Assembly: GCF_004010195.1 (NCBI RefSeq)
Contig: NC_057756.1
Span: forward strand, 4,634,504-4,698,503
Length of the DNA stretch: 64,000 bases
Direction: 5' to 3'
Origin: Chiloscyllium plagiosum
Lineage: Eukaryota
Below are positions 1 to 12,385 of this stretch, in pieces. How positions within the stretch are numbered: the first letter of the stretch is position 1; each line of letters begins with the position of its first letter. Below the pieces are notes generated by a model that had not been told where the DNA came from, did no database searches, and worked only from the letters and a program-made list of their open reading frames with translations. Both the position numbers and the translations under genes were made by a program.

Positions 1-160
1 ATCTCTCCACGCTTCAGGCTCACTGCCTTTATTCCTGATGAAGGGCTTTTGCCCGAAACGTCGATTTCGAAGCTCCTTGGATGCTGCCTGAACTGCTGTG
101 CTCTTCCAGCACCACTAATCCAGAATCTGGTTTCCAGCATCTGCAGTCATTGTTTTTACC
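1..160 (+). mobile_element. Penelope-derived short element (family 1) with hammerhead motif
   Basis: Shares ...ggatgctgcctga...ccagcatctgcagtc with copies at about 2395-2595, 4285-4565, 31085-31340 and 60705-60890; contains CTGATGA...GAAAC. Confidence 0.7.
31..66 (+). ncRNA. Minimal type I hammerhead ribozyme motif
   Basis: CUGAUGA (35-41), A, stem II GGGC-UUUU-GCCC, GAAA (55-58), palindromic stem III ACGU, cleavage triplet GUC (after 62). Confidence 0.7.
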
Positions 161-303
161 TTGTAACTTCATGTAGCTACAGTACCGCTGCGCTCCTTAT
201 ATGTTTCAAGTCCGTTTTCTTTGTTGTAAAGGGGGACCCTGCCTTATCCTATTCAAATGTAAGCTGTGCTTTGCGACTGTATCATTATAGTTGAATTATG
301 GCG

Positions 304-309
304 TTTATT
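304..309 (-). terminator. Candidate polyadenylation signal of the GPCR
   Basis: AATAAA on minus strand about 230 nt downstream of the stop codon. Confidence 0.35.
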
Positions 310-539
310 TCTGGACTTGCATTACATCAAACGTGCAAACTTCACCAAAGGGATTGCTTACAATCATAAAACAGAAATGGAACGATGTCTCATTGGTTCA
401 TTCAAAACTCACTTGCTGTTGGAATGTGATATTGGGTGAGCAAGTTCTATTAGATAATGTTTCCCCCAAACGATTTCCTTTCAAAGTAACCAGAAATCAA
501 CTAGTGCATTAATTACTGAAACACTTTTCGTTGATGACA

Positions 540-1441
540 TTATGTTTGAAATGTAGTTTTACAAATTAACAGAGGTGTTAACAATTTTTTAAACTCTTCT
601 CTGAATCTACGTTGAGTTGTAGCATAAATGCATGTGTTGGTACAGCAGCTCAAAAGCAGTAGCATATATCCAACTTCTTGCACTATAAAGATTGGATCAT
701 CATAGCCTGAATAATAATAAGTATTCGAGATTCGATAGTACAGAAAATGGACAGTGAACGTCATCCATAACATAATAAAGCTTCCAGATATTGTGAAAAG
801 TAGAACAATTGATTTTTTGCGGTTTTGTCTTTCTAAATCGTTGTGCCTTGCTGGATTATTATTGTGACAGAGAGCTTGGCGGGATTTATTTGCAACAACA
901 ATACATCTTACTGTCAGTCCATTTAATAGCAGAATCAGAACGAATGGGAGGAATGGAGTTGTGACACAATTAAATGCTGAATATATAATCCACAATGTCG
1001 CACTGTAGAAATTAGACTTCGTGTGGCAGTACCAGGGCACCCCACTTATTACATAGAGTGGCTCAAATTTAAAGTACCAGGGAATATTTTGCAAATAGCA
1101 TAGAAAAAATATTGTCCACACCACAATGGTTGCAATTTTCCTTGTACAGTATTTCCGTTTAAACTTCTGGAAACAGATAGTCACAAAGCGATCAAAAGTG
1201 AAAGAGACAGTCAACCAAACAGAAAAGTCCCTGGATGCATAAGTTAAGGCAATTTTGAGACTGCATATTGGAGTCAATGACATAAAGCTACTTGAGAAGT
1301 AAATATTAATAATTCTATTTAGTATCACTCCAGTAATTATAACAAGTAGATCCGCCACTGCCATGCCGATAAGATAATAAGTGATGCATTTTGAGAGGCC
1401 ACACTTGCCTCGTGACAGGATGACAATCCCCACAACGTTAG
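540..1441 (-). CDS. GPR139/GPR142-like orphan class A GPCR, coding exon 2 (end of TM1 to stop)
   Basis: Acceptor ttttttcag-like (cttttt-cag, AG at 1443-1442), phase 1, reads (A)NVVGIVILSRGKCGLS... to TAA at 540. Hydrophobic segments through TM7 with MAVADLL (TM2), FTFDRF (DRY variant), Cys in TM3 (PICSL) and ECL2 (WYCH), PFLPF (TM5), NTCIY (NPxxY variant). Confidence 0.93.
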
Positions 1442-2394
1442 CTGAAAAAGAATTATTGCATAAAAGTGATCATACTCAAATATTCTGTGTAAAATCTGGT
1501 ACTATCTATGTGATACCTAACTAAGGTAACTAACAATAGTATGCTTCTCTTGAATCAGATCAATGTAGACCAACTACACATGAACATATACTGGAGTATT
1601 AATAGAGAGTTAAACGCTTGAAAGCCAAGTGTTGGTCATAAAACTGTGAACGTGACATTGTGTTAAAAAGACTATAAAATCCGTAAAGGGCATAAAAAAG
1701 GTATTCTTAATTTTTTAATGCAGAAGTGATTTGTGGCACTTGCAGTGAAAATTGTTAACACTAACATAAATGCATTTCATGTGTATGGCAGCATTTTCTT
1801 CCAGATCTCACTTTACAAATATGATCTTGAAGTTTAGGAAAGAGTTATTTCAATCATATCTCATTTAGAATCATCATTGACTGTTTTTTGTACGACTTTT
1901 GTACCCATACATGAGGAATGGAGTTTCTCCCGTGGTTGTGCATTTTGCCAAAGTTACATACCATGATTAACGTGCCACATAAAATTACTCCATTCAATGG
2001 CAGTGGGATTTAACAAACTTTGAGATGAATAGGTTTATGTGCGTCGCATATTACTTGAAAAACCACCTGATAAATATTAATGGTTTGAATGGTGTATTTC
2101 AGTAAACTTGTCGCAGCAGAAATGTACAGAAAAATTTTAAACTATTATTTACGCAACCAGGGTTTCAAACTTGAAGGAGAATGCTGATAGGCTTGACTAT
2201 TTTCATTGGAAAGGACAACAATGTTGAAGAACACATACGAGTTGCAAAATTCCTGGTATGCCAGTAAAAATAGAAAGAAAGTTTCCAATTGCTTTGTAAT
2301 TAAAAAATATAAACATACATAGATGTAAAACATACATCGATGTAAAGTAATTTGTAACAGTTGATTTATGTTTTTTTTCACTCAGTTGGTGATG

Positions 2395-2595
2395 ACACAG
2401 TATAAAAGTGTCAAGATTAGAATGGAGCTGGAAAAGCACTGCAGGTCAGGCAGCATCCAAAAAGAAGGAAAGTCGACATTGGCTTTTGACCAAAACATCG
2501 ATTTTCCTGCTCCTTGAATGCTGCCTGACCTGCTGTGCTTTTTCCAACACCGCTCTAATCTTGACTCGAATCTCCAGCATCTGCAGTACCCACTT
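2395..2595. mobile_element. Fold-back Penelope-derived short element (family 1) in the GPCR intron
   Basis: gctggaaaagcactgcaggtcaggcagcatcc is followed by its imperfect reverse complement gaatgctgcctgacctgctgtgctttttccaac. Confidence 0.6.
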
Positions 2596-2820
2596 CGTAC
2601 TACGGTATGAAATTGTGTTAGGTTCAAAACTTCAACAGGCTAACTTGATTCTAACTACTTTCAATAAATGACATGACTTTGTCACAGTTAATAGATTTGT
2701 CAGCACTACTAAATAAGTAAAAGTTTTAGAAGTACAAATAAGCAGATGTTCGACCAATGATTTGCTGTAAAATATGAACTCATTTCTTTACATATTTAAC
2801 AACTGATTGTAACGACTTAC

Positions 2821-2890
2821 CAGGTATACCCAACGCTGCAATTATTGGATAGTAAATAGCATATAACAATCCGTTTGCTGGTTCATGCAT
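2821..2890 (-). CDS. GPR139/GPR142-like GPCR, coding exon 1 (MHEPANGLLYAIYYPIIAALGIP)
   Basis: ATG at 2890, 70 nt, consensus donor CTG|GTAAGT at 2820, phase 1. Joins exon 2 to give YYPIIAALGIPANVVGIVILS, comparable to GPR139 TM1 ([21 protein letters not shown]). Spliced CDS 972 nt = 323 aa. Confidence 0.9.
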
Positions 2891-2957
2891 ATTATATCGG
2901 AAGCGTTGCTCCCTGTTGTATCATGAAGTAAGCGAGGGAGAGGTACAGATTGCGGCC

Positions 2958-3023
2958 AATATATACAAAAGCAGCAACACCGGAGGCTATGTTGCATTCA
3001 GTGGCAAAATGATGCTGACGTCA
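2958..3023 (-). promoter_or_regulatory. Putative GPCR proximal promoter: TATA-like box and full palindromic CRE
   Basis: TATATATT on minus strand at 2965-2958 (about 70 bp upstream of ATG); TGACGTCA at 3016-3023. Confidence 0.5.
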
Positions 3024-3675
3024 TTTCTGAAAACTGAGTAAACAATACAATGTGAACACAGACAATGGCATGTTCTCATTCATTCTGATAGTATAGATGA
3101 CTTAGTGAATAAATTGACAGTTATAAGATTACAGCTGCTCAAAGGAAATTTAATGCATTGGGCGCACATTTTAGGCAATTTCCGACATTACATGTGTGAC
3201 AGCACCTCCAGTGACAAAAGTCTAGACATGTTACTTCTGACTATTTGCTCAACAATTCTGGTTTGCAGACATCTTCTCTCATGTCGTTTACCTCAGAGAA
3301 TCACAATGCCCTGTTGGTGTGGTCAATGATTGAAACGCCTACAAATACTTGTTAAGTACTCTTGCATGGATTTTTGCTTTGTGATCTACAAATGCAATTT
3401 GATAACAATTCCTGACTTCTCAAAAACATTATTGTATCACGGAGAAGGACAGAAGATCAAACAATAAAAATGCAGTGACGCTATGCACAAAATGGTCGGG
3501 CTTACTTGTAGTTTGGAGGATTGTAACATGTTTTAAATAGCAAAGGACGAGCAAAAATAAAGGAAATTAGGAATTCAGAAAGCAGTGCATATAAGAGAAT
3601 GCACATCAATTTATAAATCAGATATCAAAAGTTCTTTCTGCAAACATACCGATGCAAAAATAATTAAAGATAGTA

Positions 3676-4012
3676 TGGTGATTCAGTGGTTAGTATCGTT
3701 GCTTCATTCTGCCAGAGACACATCTTCAATTACAGACTGCCGACTGTTTATGTGGAGTTTCCAAATTCTCACCATGTCTTATGGGTTTACTCAGGGTGCT
3801 GCAGTTTCCTCCTACAGTCTAAAGATGTGCAGGCTAGGTGAATTGGCCAGACTAAGATTGGCCATAGTGTTCAAGGATGTGTAGGTTAGGTGCATCAGTC
3901 AAGGAAAATGCAGAGTAATAGGGTTGGGGAATGGGGCTGGGTGGTTCACTCTTAAAAGTGTCGGTGTGGACATGTTGGCTAAATGGCCTGTTTCCACACT
4001 GTATGCATTCTA
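3676..4012 (+). mobile_element. HE1-type SINE, diverged
   Basis: Colinear with the young copies at 33202 and 53326 (cagtggttag...ggtgaattggcca...ggcctgtttccacactgta). Confidence 0.8.
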
Positions 4013-4284
4013 TGTTGAAATTAGCTAATGCTAGACTGCTCTTGTGTGGATTGGTTGGCAATGGGGAAAAATGACCCACGTAATCTGCGGCATTGTTTTA
4101 ATAGTTTCCACAATTCAAAGGTAGGAAAGGATCCGAAACTTATTCCATTTGGCCAAGATCACTATTCTTCATTTTACCACGATAGCTAAATGACAGCTTA
4201 AAGAAGTTTCAATGAAGTTTGATTACAATTATTGCACTAAGGGAGGAACCTGTTAGGTCATGAAGATGGTGCTGAGCTGTAAAA

Positions 4285-4565
4285 CCTGTCTTACCTGCCA
4301 ATCTTCGTTCCCCACTATCCGCACCACCCTCCTCTCTGACCTATCCCCACTCCCAACCACCTATTGTACTCTTTGCTACCTTCTACTCAGCACCACACCC
4401 TCCCATTTATCTCTCCACCCTGGAGGCTCTCTGCCTTCATTCCTGATGAAGAGCTTTTGCCGGAAATTTTCCTGCTCCTTGGATGCTGCCTGACATGCTG
4501 TGCTTTTCCAGCACCACCCTAATCCGACTCTGATTTCGAGCATCAGCAGTCCTCACTTTTGCCTT
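4285..4565 (+). mobile_element. Penelope-derived short element (family 1), degenerate hammerhead at 4443-4466
   Basis: C/T-rich body, then tcctgatgaagagcttttgccggaaa and the shared 3' segment. Confidence 0.6.
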
Positions 4566-4609
4566 ACATCCAGACTCAGTCTAATGTTGTCAGAATAGAT
4601 AATTCAAGA

Positions 4610-4655
4610 AATATAATATAATATAATATAATATAATATAATATAATATAATAAT
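4610..4655. repeat. (ATATA)n pentanucleotide microsatellite
   Basis: Direct reading of tandem ATATA/TATAA units. Confidence 0.9.
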
Positions 4656-4669
4656 AAAAAGAACATGCT

Positions 4670-4990
4670 TGGAGTATGTAGAAAAGACCTTTCTCCGTTT
4701 AGTGGGAGGATCAATGACCAGGGACCTAGCATCATCATGGTAAGGGGCAGAAAGTTCATAGGGGACTCGTGGAAATTTCTTTATACCCACTGGATATTGG
4801 CATTCTGGAAGTCATTGCCTCTAAGTGCGGTAGGGGTAGAAACAGTCATAACATTTAAGTACATTTCTATGTACACTTGTGATGCCAACACATACAGTGT
4901 CTTTAGCCAATGGCTGCAAAATTAAATTGGAATAATTGCGTGACTTTGTTTTGGTCAGCACTGAGAAATAGGACAAAGGACGTTTTTACA
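4670..4990 (+). mobile_element. CR1 LINE 3' fragment, old
   Basis: Resembles the 3' ORF2 end/UTR of the other CR1 copies (RKFIGDSWKFLYTH ~ RFRGDxRxNFFTQ). Confidence 0.55.
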
Positions 4991-5355
4991 GAAGAAATTC
5001 CGAGAATATGCATGCAAGTGTATGATTAATTATAGATATGGGCAATGGACAAAAAGAAAAGGGTGCTTTTACATCATTAGAGTTTTAAAAGCTGTGTTAC
5101 CAGTGATGCTTATAACTGAATTTATAATCTGTCATCTTCCCTCATTATTATTCCCTGACAACTGCTGTCTGATAACAATTCCTGTGCTGTGTCTTGGAAC
5201 AGTTACAGCATCCAACTTGGAAAATAATGACCATACCTCCGAGAGTTGGATCTGTTCACATAATAACTGAAGGTATATTTACTTCAAAATGTCATCCAAA
5301 TAATTATGCAACTATTTATTAGATAAGTATTAACTGGAAAGAATTATGCATGTAG

Positions 5356-6089
5356 GTTTGCTCACTGATCTGGAAGGTTCATTTCCAAACATTTCATCAC
5401 CCTCCTAGGTAACATCTTCAGTGGGCCTCTGGGCGCAGCACTGCTGAGTATTCCTGCTTTCTAATATTATATGTTTGAGTTTCTTTGGGTAGGTGATGTC
5501 ATTTTCTGTGGTGATGTCATTTCCTGTCATTTTTCTCAGGGGGCAGTAGATGGGGTCTAACTCGATGTGTTTGATAATAGAGTTCTGGTTGGAATGCCAT
5601 GCTTCTAGGAATTATCATGTGTGGCTCTTTTTCGCTTGTCCTAGGATGAATGCATCGTCCCAGTCGAAGTGGTGTCCTTCCTTATGTGTATGTAACGATA
5701 CTAGTGAGAGAGGACCATGTCGTTTAGTGGCTATTTGATGTTCATTTATCCTGGTGGATCGTTTGCTCCCTACTTGTCCAATGTACTGTTTGTTTCAGTT
5801 CTTGCATGGTATTTTGTGAATGACATTAGTACTGCTTGTTCTCTGTATGGGGTCTTTCAAGTACATTAGCTGCTGTTTTAGTGCGTTGGTGGGTTTGTGG
5901 GCTAGGCAGAGCAGAGGAAGATCACCTATATTGTATTCAAAACCAATAGGTACCCAATGAATACAGGCCGCCGATTACTCAGCAACAAACCCAAAGAAGC
6001 AAACAAAAGATCTCCAGAAACCCTAACCACTCTCCCCTACATTCCCTAAATGACTGCCAGACTACTCAGACCCCTTAGCATCATGGTAA
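5356..6089 (-). mobile_element. Penelope-like retroelement fragment with GIY-YIG endonuclease, 5' part inverted
   Basis: Minus strand from about 5830: TNVIHKIPCKN*NKQYIGQVGSKRSTRINEHQIATKRH (GIY-YIG). Plus strand 5905-6089 encodes the ORF region just upstream (...MTARLLRPLSIMV). Hammerhead-like CUGAAGA...GAAAUGUU at 5421-5388. Confidence 0.85.
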
Positions 6090-6189
6090 ATTTCCAAAGA
6101 ATAATGGTGAATAATTTGAAAGTGATAGTGTTCTGCTTTTTCTAACACTCTTTTCCTTTTTGACAGAAATGGACTTCAACGATGTTATT

Positions 6190-6445
6190 TAAGGATCTTT
6201 GGTGAATTTCCGGAGTGAATCTTATTGATTGTATACTCTGCAGCTCCTGCACACTGGCAGGAAAGGGGGTTTTCGCTTGTGAATGTTTTACCAATTAAGC
6301 AGGTTGTCTTTAACTGAGTGCTATCTAGGTCTTTTAGTCTTTTTGGAGTTGTACTCATGCAACGAATTGAGAAGTATTCCATCAAAGTGGACTGGCTTTT
6401 GGGAGTCAGGAAATATGTGAATCACCGCAGTATTCCTAGCATCTG
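6190..6445 (-). mobile_element. CR1/L2-group LINE 3' ORF2 fragment
   Basis: MEYFSIRCMSTTPKRLKDLDSTQLKTTCLIG resembles the post-RT LEYxxxxW...LDxIQ region. Confidence 0.55.
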
Positions 6446-8496
6446 GCATGCATTTGTGGTTCAAATTGTGTTTCTGATCGATAGCAAATTAGAGAGATTG
6501 AATCATAGTAAAACTATTAAATGTTGAAGTATGGCTGTAAACGGTGACAGACTTTAATTTATCGCAAATGCCTTTGGCATCTGATGAAGTTAAATTTGCC
6601 AACGCAGTAATCGGATTGAGTAGCTAGTAGAGTTATAAATGGCGACCTTCACATTAATACATGTTATGGACATCGTCTTCAACAAAGATCTGATACCACA
6701 CCTTCAAATTACTTTGAGCTATTTAAGGTGGAACGTGCAGAAGCTCGTTTGCTTCCTCTACAGTTGTAATTAGGGCAGGATTTCCTCATTATAACCGCTT
6801 GACGCTTTCTTTTCTTCATTGCACTGGATCCAAGAATAGTTTCTCACTTCTTTGTCATGATTGTTAAGTGCTGCTTACAGTAAAGACATTTTGAAGCTTA
6901 CAAATACCATCAAAGCAGCCAGAAATAGAACATAGTCTTGAGGCACACTGCTCAGAAAATGGCCCGTTGTAGTCAATAGATAAAATGCCAAGCACAACGT
7001 TTAACAGAGAATTGTGTTTAATAAAAAAAAGCTTTAAATGAATGGCCTAGCAGGATAGACAAGCAAACCTTTAAATAATCTTAGTTTCACGGAAAAAAAA
7101 GGAAGGCTTCTTGTGTAACATGTTTTATTTCAAGTAGAATTCGGAAGATATTGATCTTGCTCCAGCTAGGGTTTTCCCAGTAAGTGCATAACCTAGTAAA
7201 CTGCTTGGCTTCATCAATGACGTGGTTCTAAATATCATCATCGGTATTTACCTTCTGGCCAACTACAATTCGATTGCTACAATATGCAGTATGAAGATCA
7301 TCTTATTTCATGCACCAAGAGACATTTCTACCTGTTTGAAAGTAGAATTTACATAGATAACCTCGGTGTCATTTGATGCGTGAACCTGGAAATGAAATAC
7401 TGTACAAAAAAAAGGGAACCTCTGTAATGCTGAAAACAGCTCTGTTCTGACTGTTTTCAAACATCCTCTGGTATTTTTAATTTGAATCTCACGGTGTAGC
7501 AGTTAGGAATGAGACAGGTGTCTCAAATACATGGTGGAGATAAAGGGCAGAATACGGAAGGCTAATGGGAGGCATGAGGGAAGGATTGCAGGCTTTGTTA
7601 AAAAAAAGTAAAATGTTTTTAAAACATGTCAAAGGCTAAAGATTCATGAAGATTAGAGTGAGGCCAATAAGGAACAAACAGGGTAAGCAATTCATTGAAA
7701 TAAAGGCTGTGGCAAGTATTAATGAATACCTTGCTTTATGTAATCAGAAAATGCGAGAGTGCCATCACCCATCTCTGGGGAACATCACTTTCAACTTGCC
7801 TTCACTCCATTTACTGTACACCTACCCTGCTTCGTTGCTCACAGTAAACATTTAATCCCTGCTCTCATGAACCCATAAAAGCAAAACATTTCTAATTTGC
7901 AAATCAACCTACCTCTATTTTTTAAAATAGAGATGACAATACTTGATTGATTTTCAGAACCATCATTGCCCACAGGCATCTGAATATTTGCCAGAACTGC
8001 AAGTGTTTCATAGAACAGTGTTTTTTTTAATCAATTTATTTTCAAGACTTGTACCTTTCCCTTAAGCTTCGAAAATACTCACTCATTTCGAACTGAAACA
8101 ATAATGCATAAATGCTCAACAAGTTATTTTACAGCATGAACAAGGCTGACATACAGCTGGTAACGCACAAAATTCACTGTTTTCTGTTTCCAGTAAACAA
8201 AAGAAGGGCAAATCAAATTTAAGTTGTATATGTCAGCTCAATTATGAGCAACATGTTGGAGTTGGACGTGTCGATGATTTCCAGTGACATACGCTGAGCA
8301 ATAATGTACTCACACAGATGAATTTGATATCAGCCAGAGCCGATTACTTTCTGGTCTCTGTCACACTTTCAAAGAAATATGAGCACCTTAACTGTTAATC
8401 AAAACTGATAGAAATTTGCATGCAAATGACTAGTCATTACAAATCACAGAAAAAAAAGTAATTTAAAAAATGAAGACAGCTCTGGTTGTTGGGAAT

Positions 8497-8825
8497 GATG
8501 TGGAGGTGCCAGTGTTGGACTGGGGTGAACCAGGTTAAAAATTACACAACATCAGGTTATTGTCGAACAGGTTGGTTTGGAAGTACTCGCTTTGGGAGCA
8601 CTCCTCCTTCATCAGTTAGCTAAAGGGGAAGAACACAGAATTTATACCAAAGATCATAGTGCCATACAACTGATGCGATGCATTGAACACAATATATTGC
8701 TATTAAGTCTTTCATATTTTAGAATGGGTTGCAGGTTTCGATTCATTAATATGCAAACCCCAATAACTTCTTACAAATCACATTCCCGAGGTAGCTTCAA
8801 GATTCATAAAAAAGTTGACATCTCT
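8497..8825 (-). mobile_element. Penelope-derived element (family 2), diverged; degenerate hammerhead about 8586-8615
   Basis: gttggactgggg...ttaaaaattacacaacatcagg...ctccttcatcag matches copies at 29429, 36835, 41666 and 61906. Confidence 0.7.
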
Positions 8826-9249
8826 GCTTTTGTTTCTGATTTCCTGCAATTCTTTCATTTTGTTTTATTCAGCTTTCAGCTGATGCCACAGGCAATTTCC
8901 AACCATTAAAAAAAATTCAAATATGCTTAATTGGTGATTAGCAGCTTTCCCAGTTCTTTTTTTCTCCCCCAGCACTATCACAGCATCAGTTGCCAACATT
9001 TGGCAAAAATAGAATTGACATTCAATGGAAACATTGTGGATTAAAGAGATGCGAAGAGCATGAAAATCTGGACTTTTAACACATCCAAGACAAAGCAACA
9101 AACAAAATTTGCATTTCATGAATCAACCTCCAATCACCACGAATCCACTCAGGAAATAATATGTAACATCTCTGAAAGGTCCAATGGATAATCTGCAACT
9201 AAGGCGTTCATTCCACTAGGCAATAAAATAATAAAATACGACTGCAAAA

Positions 9250-10270
9250 AGTGAATATTGAAAAGTTTGCAATGGCTGTGGACCTTGTCATCATTCTGGC
9301 AATAACACTGAAGAAATATGCACCAGATCATGCCGCACCACTAATGAAACTGTACTAGAATTACTGCAATTCTAGCACACATCAATATTGGAGAGAGTTT
9401 CCCAGGCATGACCTGTATATGAAACCCATGAAAGATCCAACAGTGCCAGCTGCAACCCATATCATCGGGAAATTGATGGATTTTGTCATGAACTGAATAA
9501 GCAAGCAGCATTTTATTAACAAAATTCTGGTCACTGATGTTCTGATTGGGTTCTATGACGGTCATTGAATTCCTTGGCCTACTACAGCTTTTCGTCCGTA
9601 TTGGAGAAAAGAATTTTATTTTGGAGGTGAACTCAGATTTGTCCGACTGTGCCGTCAAGGACACTTACCGTCAAAGGTGAGACTCAGTGGGCTCACAGAA
9701 AGCTTACTGCAGTCTGGAATCGTAGCTGATGCAACAAGCGACTACTGTAATTGATGAAGGTATGTCATCTCAGCTCCAGTACACTTCTACTATAATTCAT
9801 CAGTGCCTTATCCAAGTCTCAGACATCTTCAATAGCTTCCTCAATAATCGTCTTGAACGAGCTTGATGAAAGTAAATATTTCTGTTAACGTTGCACAATG
9901 TTTCCCCTAAGTCAGAAGTGGACAATACTTAGGTTCTGACTAACAAGTGGCAATTAGCAATTGCCTCACAAAGAACGCGATAATGGTCATCCCCAAGCAC
10001 GAAGAATTGAATGCCTTTTGGTATTCAACAACAGCACACTCGCTGAATTACCCAATTCCATAATTCTGCGGATTATTGATGACTAGCCTAATAAATGCTG
10101 TGGTTTCAGGAGTTTGTTTGAGTCATGTACTAAAGTAGTAACTAATTTATATTCTGACGATACAAGGCTGTTCACCTGTTACCAGGCAAAGACCAGAGGC
10201 GTGTGGTATACTGCCTACTCGCCGAGATTTTGCAGCTGCATCGACACTCAATGAACTTGGACTGACTAAA
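9250..10270 (+). mobile_element. Highly decayed CR1/L2-group LINE RT region
   Basis: Patchy translation ILAITLKKYAPDHAAPL...KQHFINKILVTDVLIGF, typical of the pre-RT/RT1-2 region; many stops. Confidence 0.6.
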
Positions 10271-10539
10271 CGTAGTGGAAGAGAAATAGGGTCATGACTA
10301 AAAGTATGCATGATGCATCTTAAAATAGATGACAATGGCATAAACGATGAAGCAATGGAGGAGCAAGAAATTACTGTCCAATGTTTTCTTTTAAAAATAT
10401 TCTCATTTCGAATTTTTTATATAAATCCCTGGTATTTATGCATAATTTTTAATATATCAATATTATTATCCGTTCACAATTCTCCATTTTACTGTAAAAT
10501 TAAATTATATATAATGCACTTGGAAGCTACTGACAATAT

Positions 10540-12385
10540 CCGACAGGATAAACATGAATTCAGAAAGAGGAAATCCAACTTGACAAACCGGATGGAATAA
10601 TTTAAGGATGTAACTAGTACATGGGATAAGCAGTAACCAATTAATATGATTACTTGGACTTTCAGGAAGCTGTCGATAAGACACGTGTAAAACATAACCA
10701 TGCGAAATTAAAATGCATGGAATTGGAAGCTGTGTTCTTGAAGCGGATCGAGATTTGTTTGGCAAGCAGGAAATAAAGAGTTGGGCTAAATGGGCCTTTT
10801 CTCCGAATGACAGGCATAGACTACATACGGGCCACAGGGTACAGTGTTTGGCTCTCAGCTACTCACAACCTACAATTACGATTTAGATATATAAACTAAA
10901 TATCACGATTCCAAGTGGGTGGGTAGTATATTGTGAAGAAGATGCAGAGCACCTTCAATGCGATTTGGGCAAGTTAGGTCAGTGGGAAAATGCATGGTAG
11001 ATGGAATATAACGTGGGGAAATTGAAGACTTTCCATTTCGTTCACAATGCAGTCAGGGACATTATTAATACATTTGTAAAGGAGAAGATGAAACATGGAC
11101 ATCCATGTCAAGTGGGCGTTGAATGGAAGCATGAGATGCAGAAGGCGGATGAGAGGGCATATAGTAATGTTGGCCTTCATGGCAAACTGATTTGTGTGAA
11201 GAATCAGACAAACCTTTTTCATCTCTACGGGCTTTGGGAAGACAATGTCTAGAGTGTTGTGTGTAGTTTTGGTCTCTGTATGTGAGAAAGAATATGCTGA
11301 CTATTGGAAACTTCAATGAACGCTGTTATGGACCAGGTCAGATTCCTTCAAAATATTTTAGGAAGTTAGACCAGATCCGAGTTTTTTCTTACTTTAAAGG
11401 GAGATAAAGAATGAATATTCTCGGTGTGATGCAACTTGGTCAAACCACTCGGCTTTAAGCAAAACAGAATTTATTTAAACACAAGAGTTGGAACACGAAT
11501 AAAAGAAAGTTGAATTTAGAATAACATAACTATTGGAAAACATATCTAACTGGATACAGCAACTTAACTACGCTACCGTTCCAATCCAGTAACATCCCAT
11601 AAATACATTTTTTGCCAAAAGATAAATTGACCACAGGTTCCGAAAAGCAGGAGGCAATAACATCTAAAGAAATATCAGAAAGAAAGTCCATCAAGAAACA
11701 ATAACTGAAGTTGCAAGCTTCCTTGATCCCAGCATCTTGTGACTGCTTCGGTTAAACCAATTTCTGGAAGAAACATGAACTGGGAAAACATTTTCTCACT
11801 GCCTGCTGTAACTAAACCTAAACTAGAAAGACCTGAACCAGGAGAACTGCCACTACACTGCCATTGTAAAACTAGTCTCTTATTAAATCCTTCGACACCT
11901 CTGCCTTTACGACCTCTCTTAATAAAAAGCCCAAGGGCAAATTAACATTTTAAAAGTGATATTATCGTCACTAGTTTTACCAGAATGATATTGGGGACTG
12001 CGCATTGTAGGAAATACGAAAAGTTCGAATTCTATTACATGGCAAAGGCAGGATGGATGTAGTCGTTGGCCTGGAGTCCATAACAAGATGTCAGAGTCTA
12101 CAGATAAATAGCTAACATATTAGGACAAAGCTCAGATGAAATTTAGAATTGCTTCATGAAGAAAGCGGGTGTTTGTGAAATTCCCTGCTATATGAAACTG
12201 TTCAGGCAAAAGCAGCGATTTGTTTTTCAATACAGTTGCTCAGACTAAAGTGATCAACAAATATGGGGCGATATAGGGTACAGAAGTTGATCATAAGCTG
12301 CGATCACATTAAATGATGAAACAGTATCAAAGGGACGAATACCTTATCCCCGTCCCGATATTCAATGTTTGTACATTTCTATTCT
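10540..12385 (+). mobile_element. CR1 LINE (RT to 3' UTR), decayed, interrupted by an LTR
   Basis: YLDFQEA, W*MEYNVGK and ECCV*FWS remnants; sequence resumes (tttaccagaatgata) after the insertion at 11324-11972. Confidence 0.75.
11324..11972 (-). mobile_element. Solo LTR (Gypsy family) nested in CR1
   Basis: Begins TGTTATGGACCAGG and ends ...ATCGTCACT; homologous to 50780-51124, which flanks a gag remnant. Confidence 0.65.
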
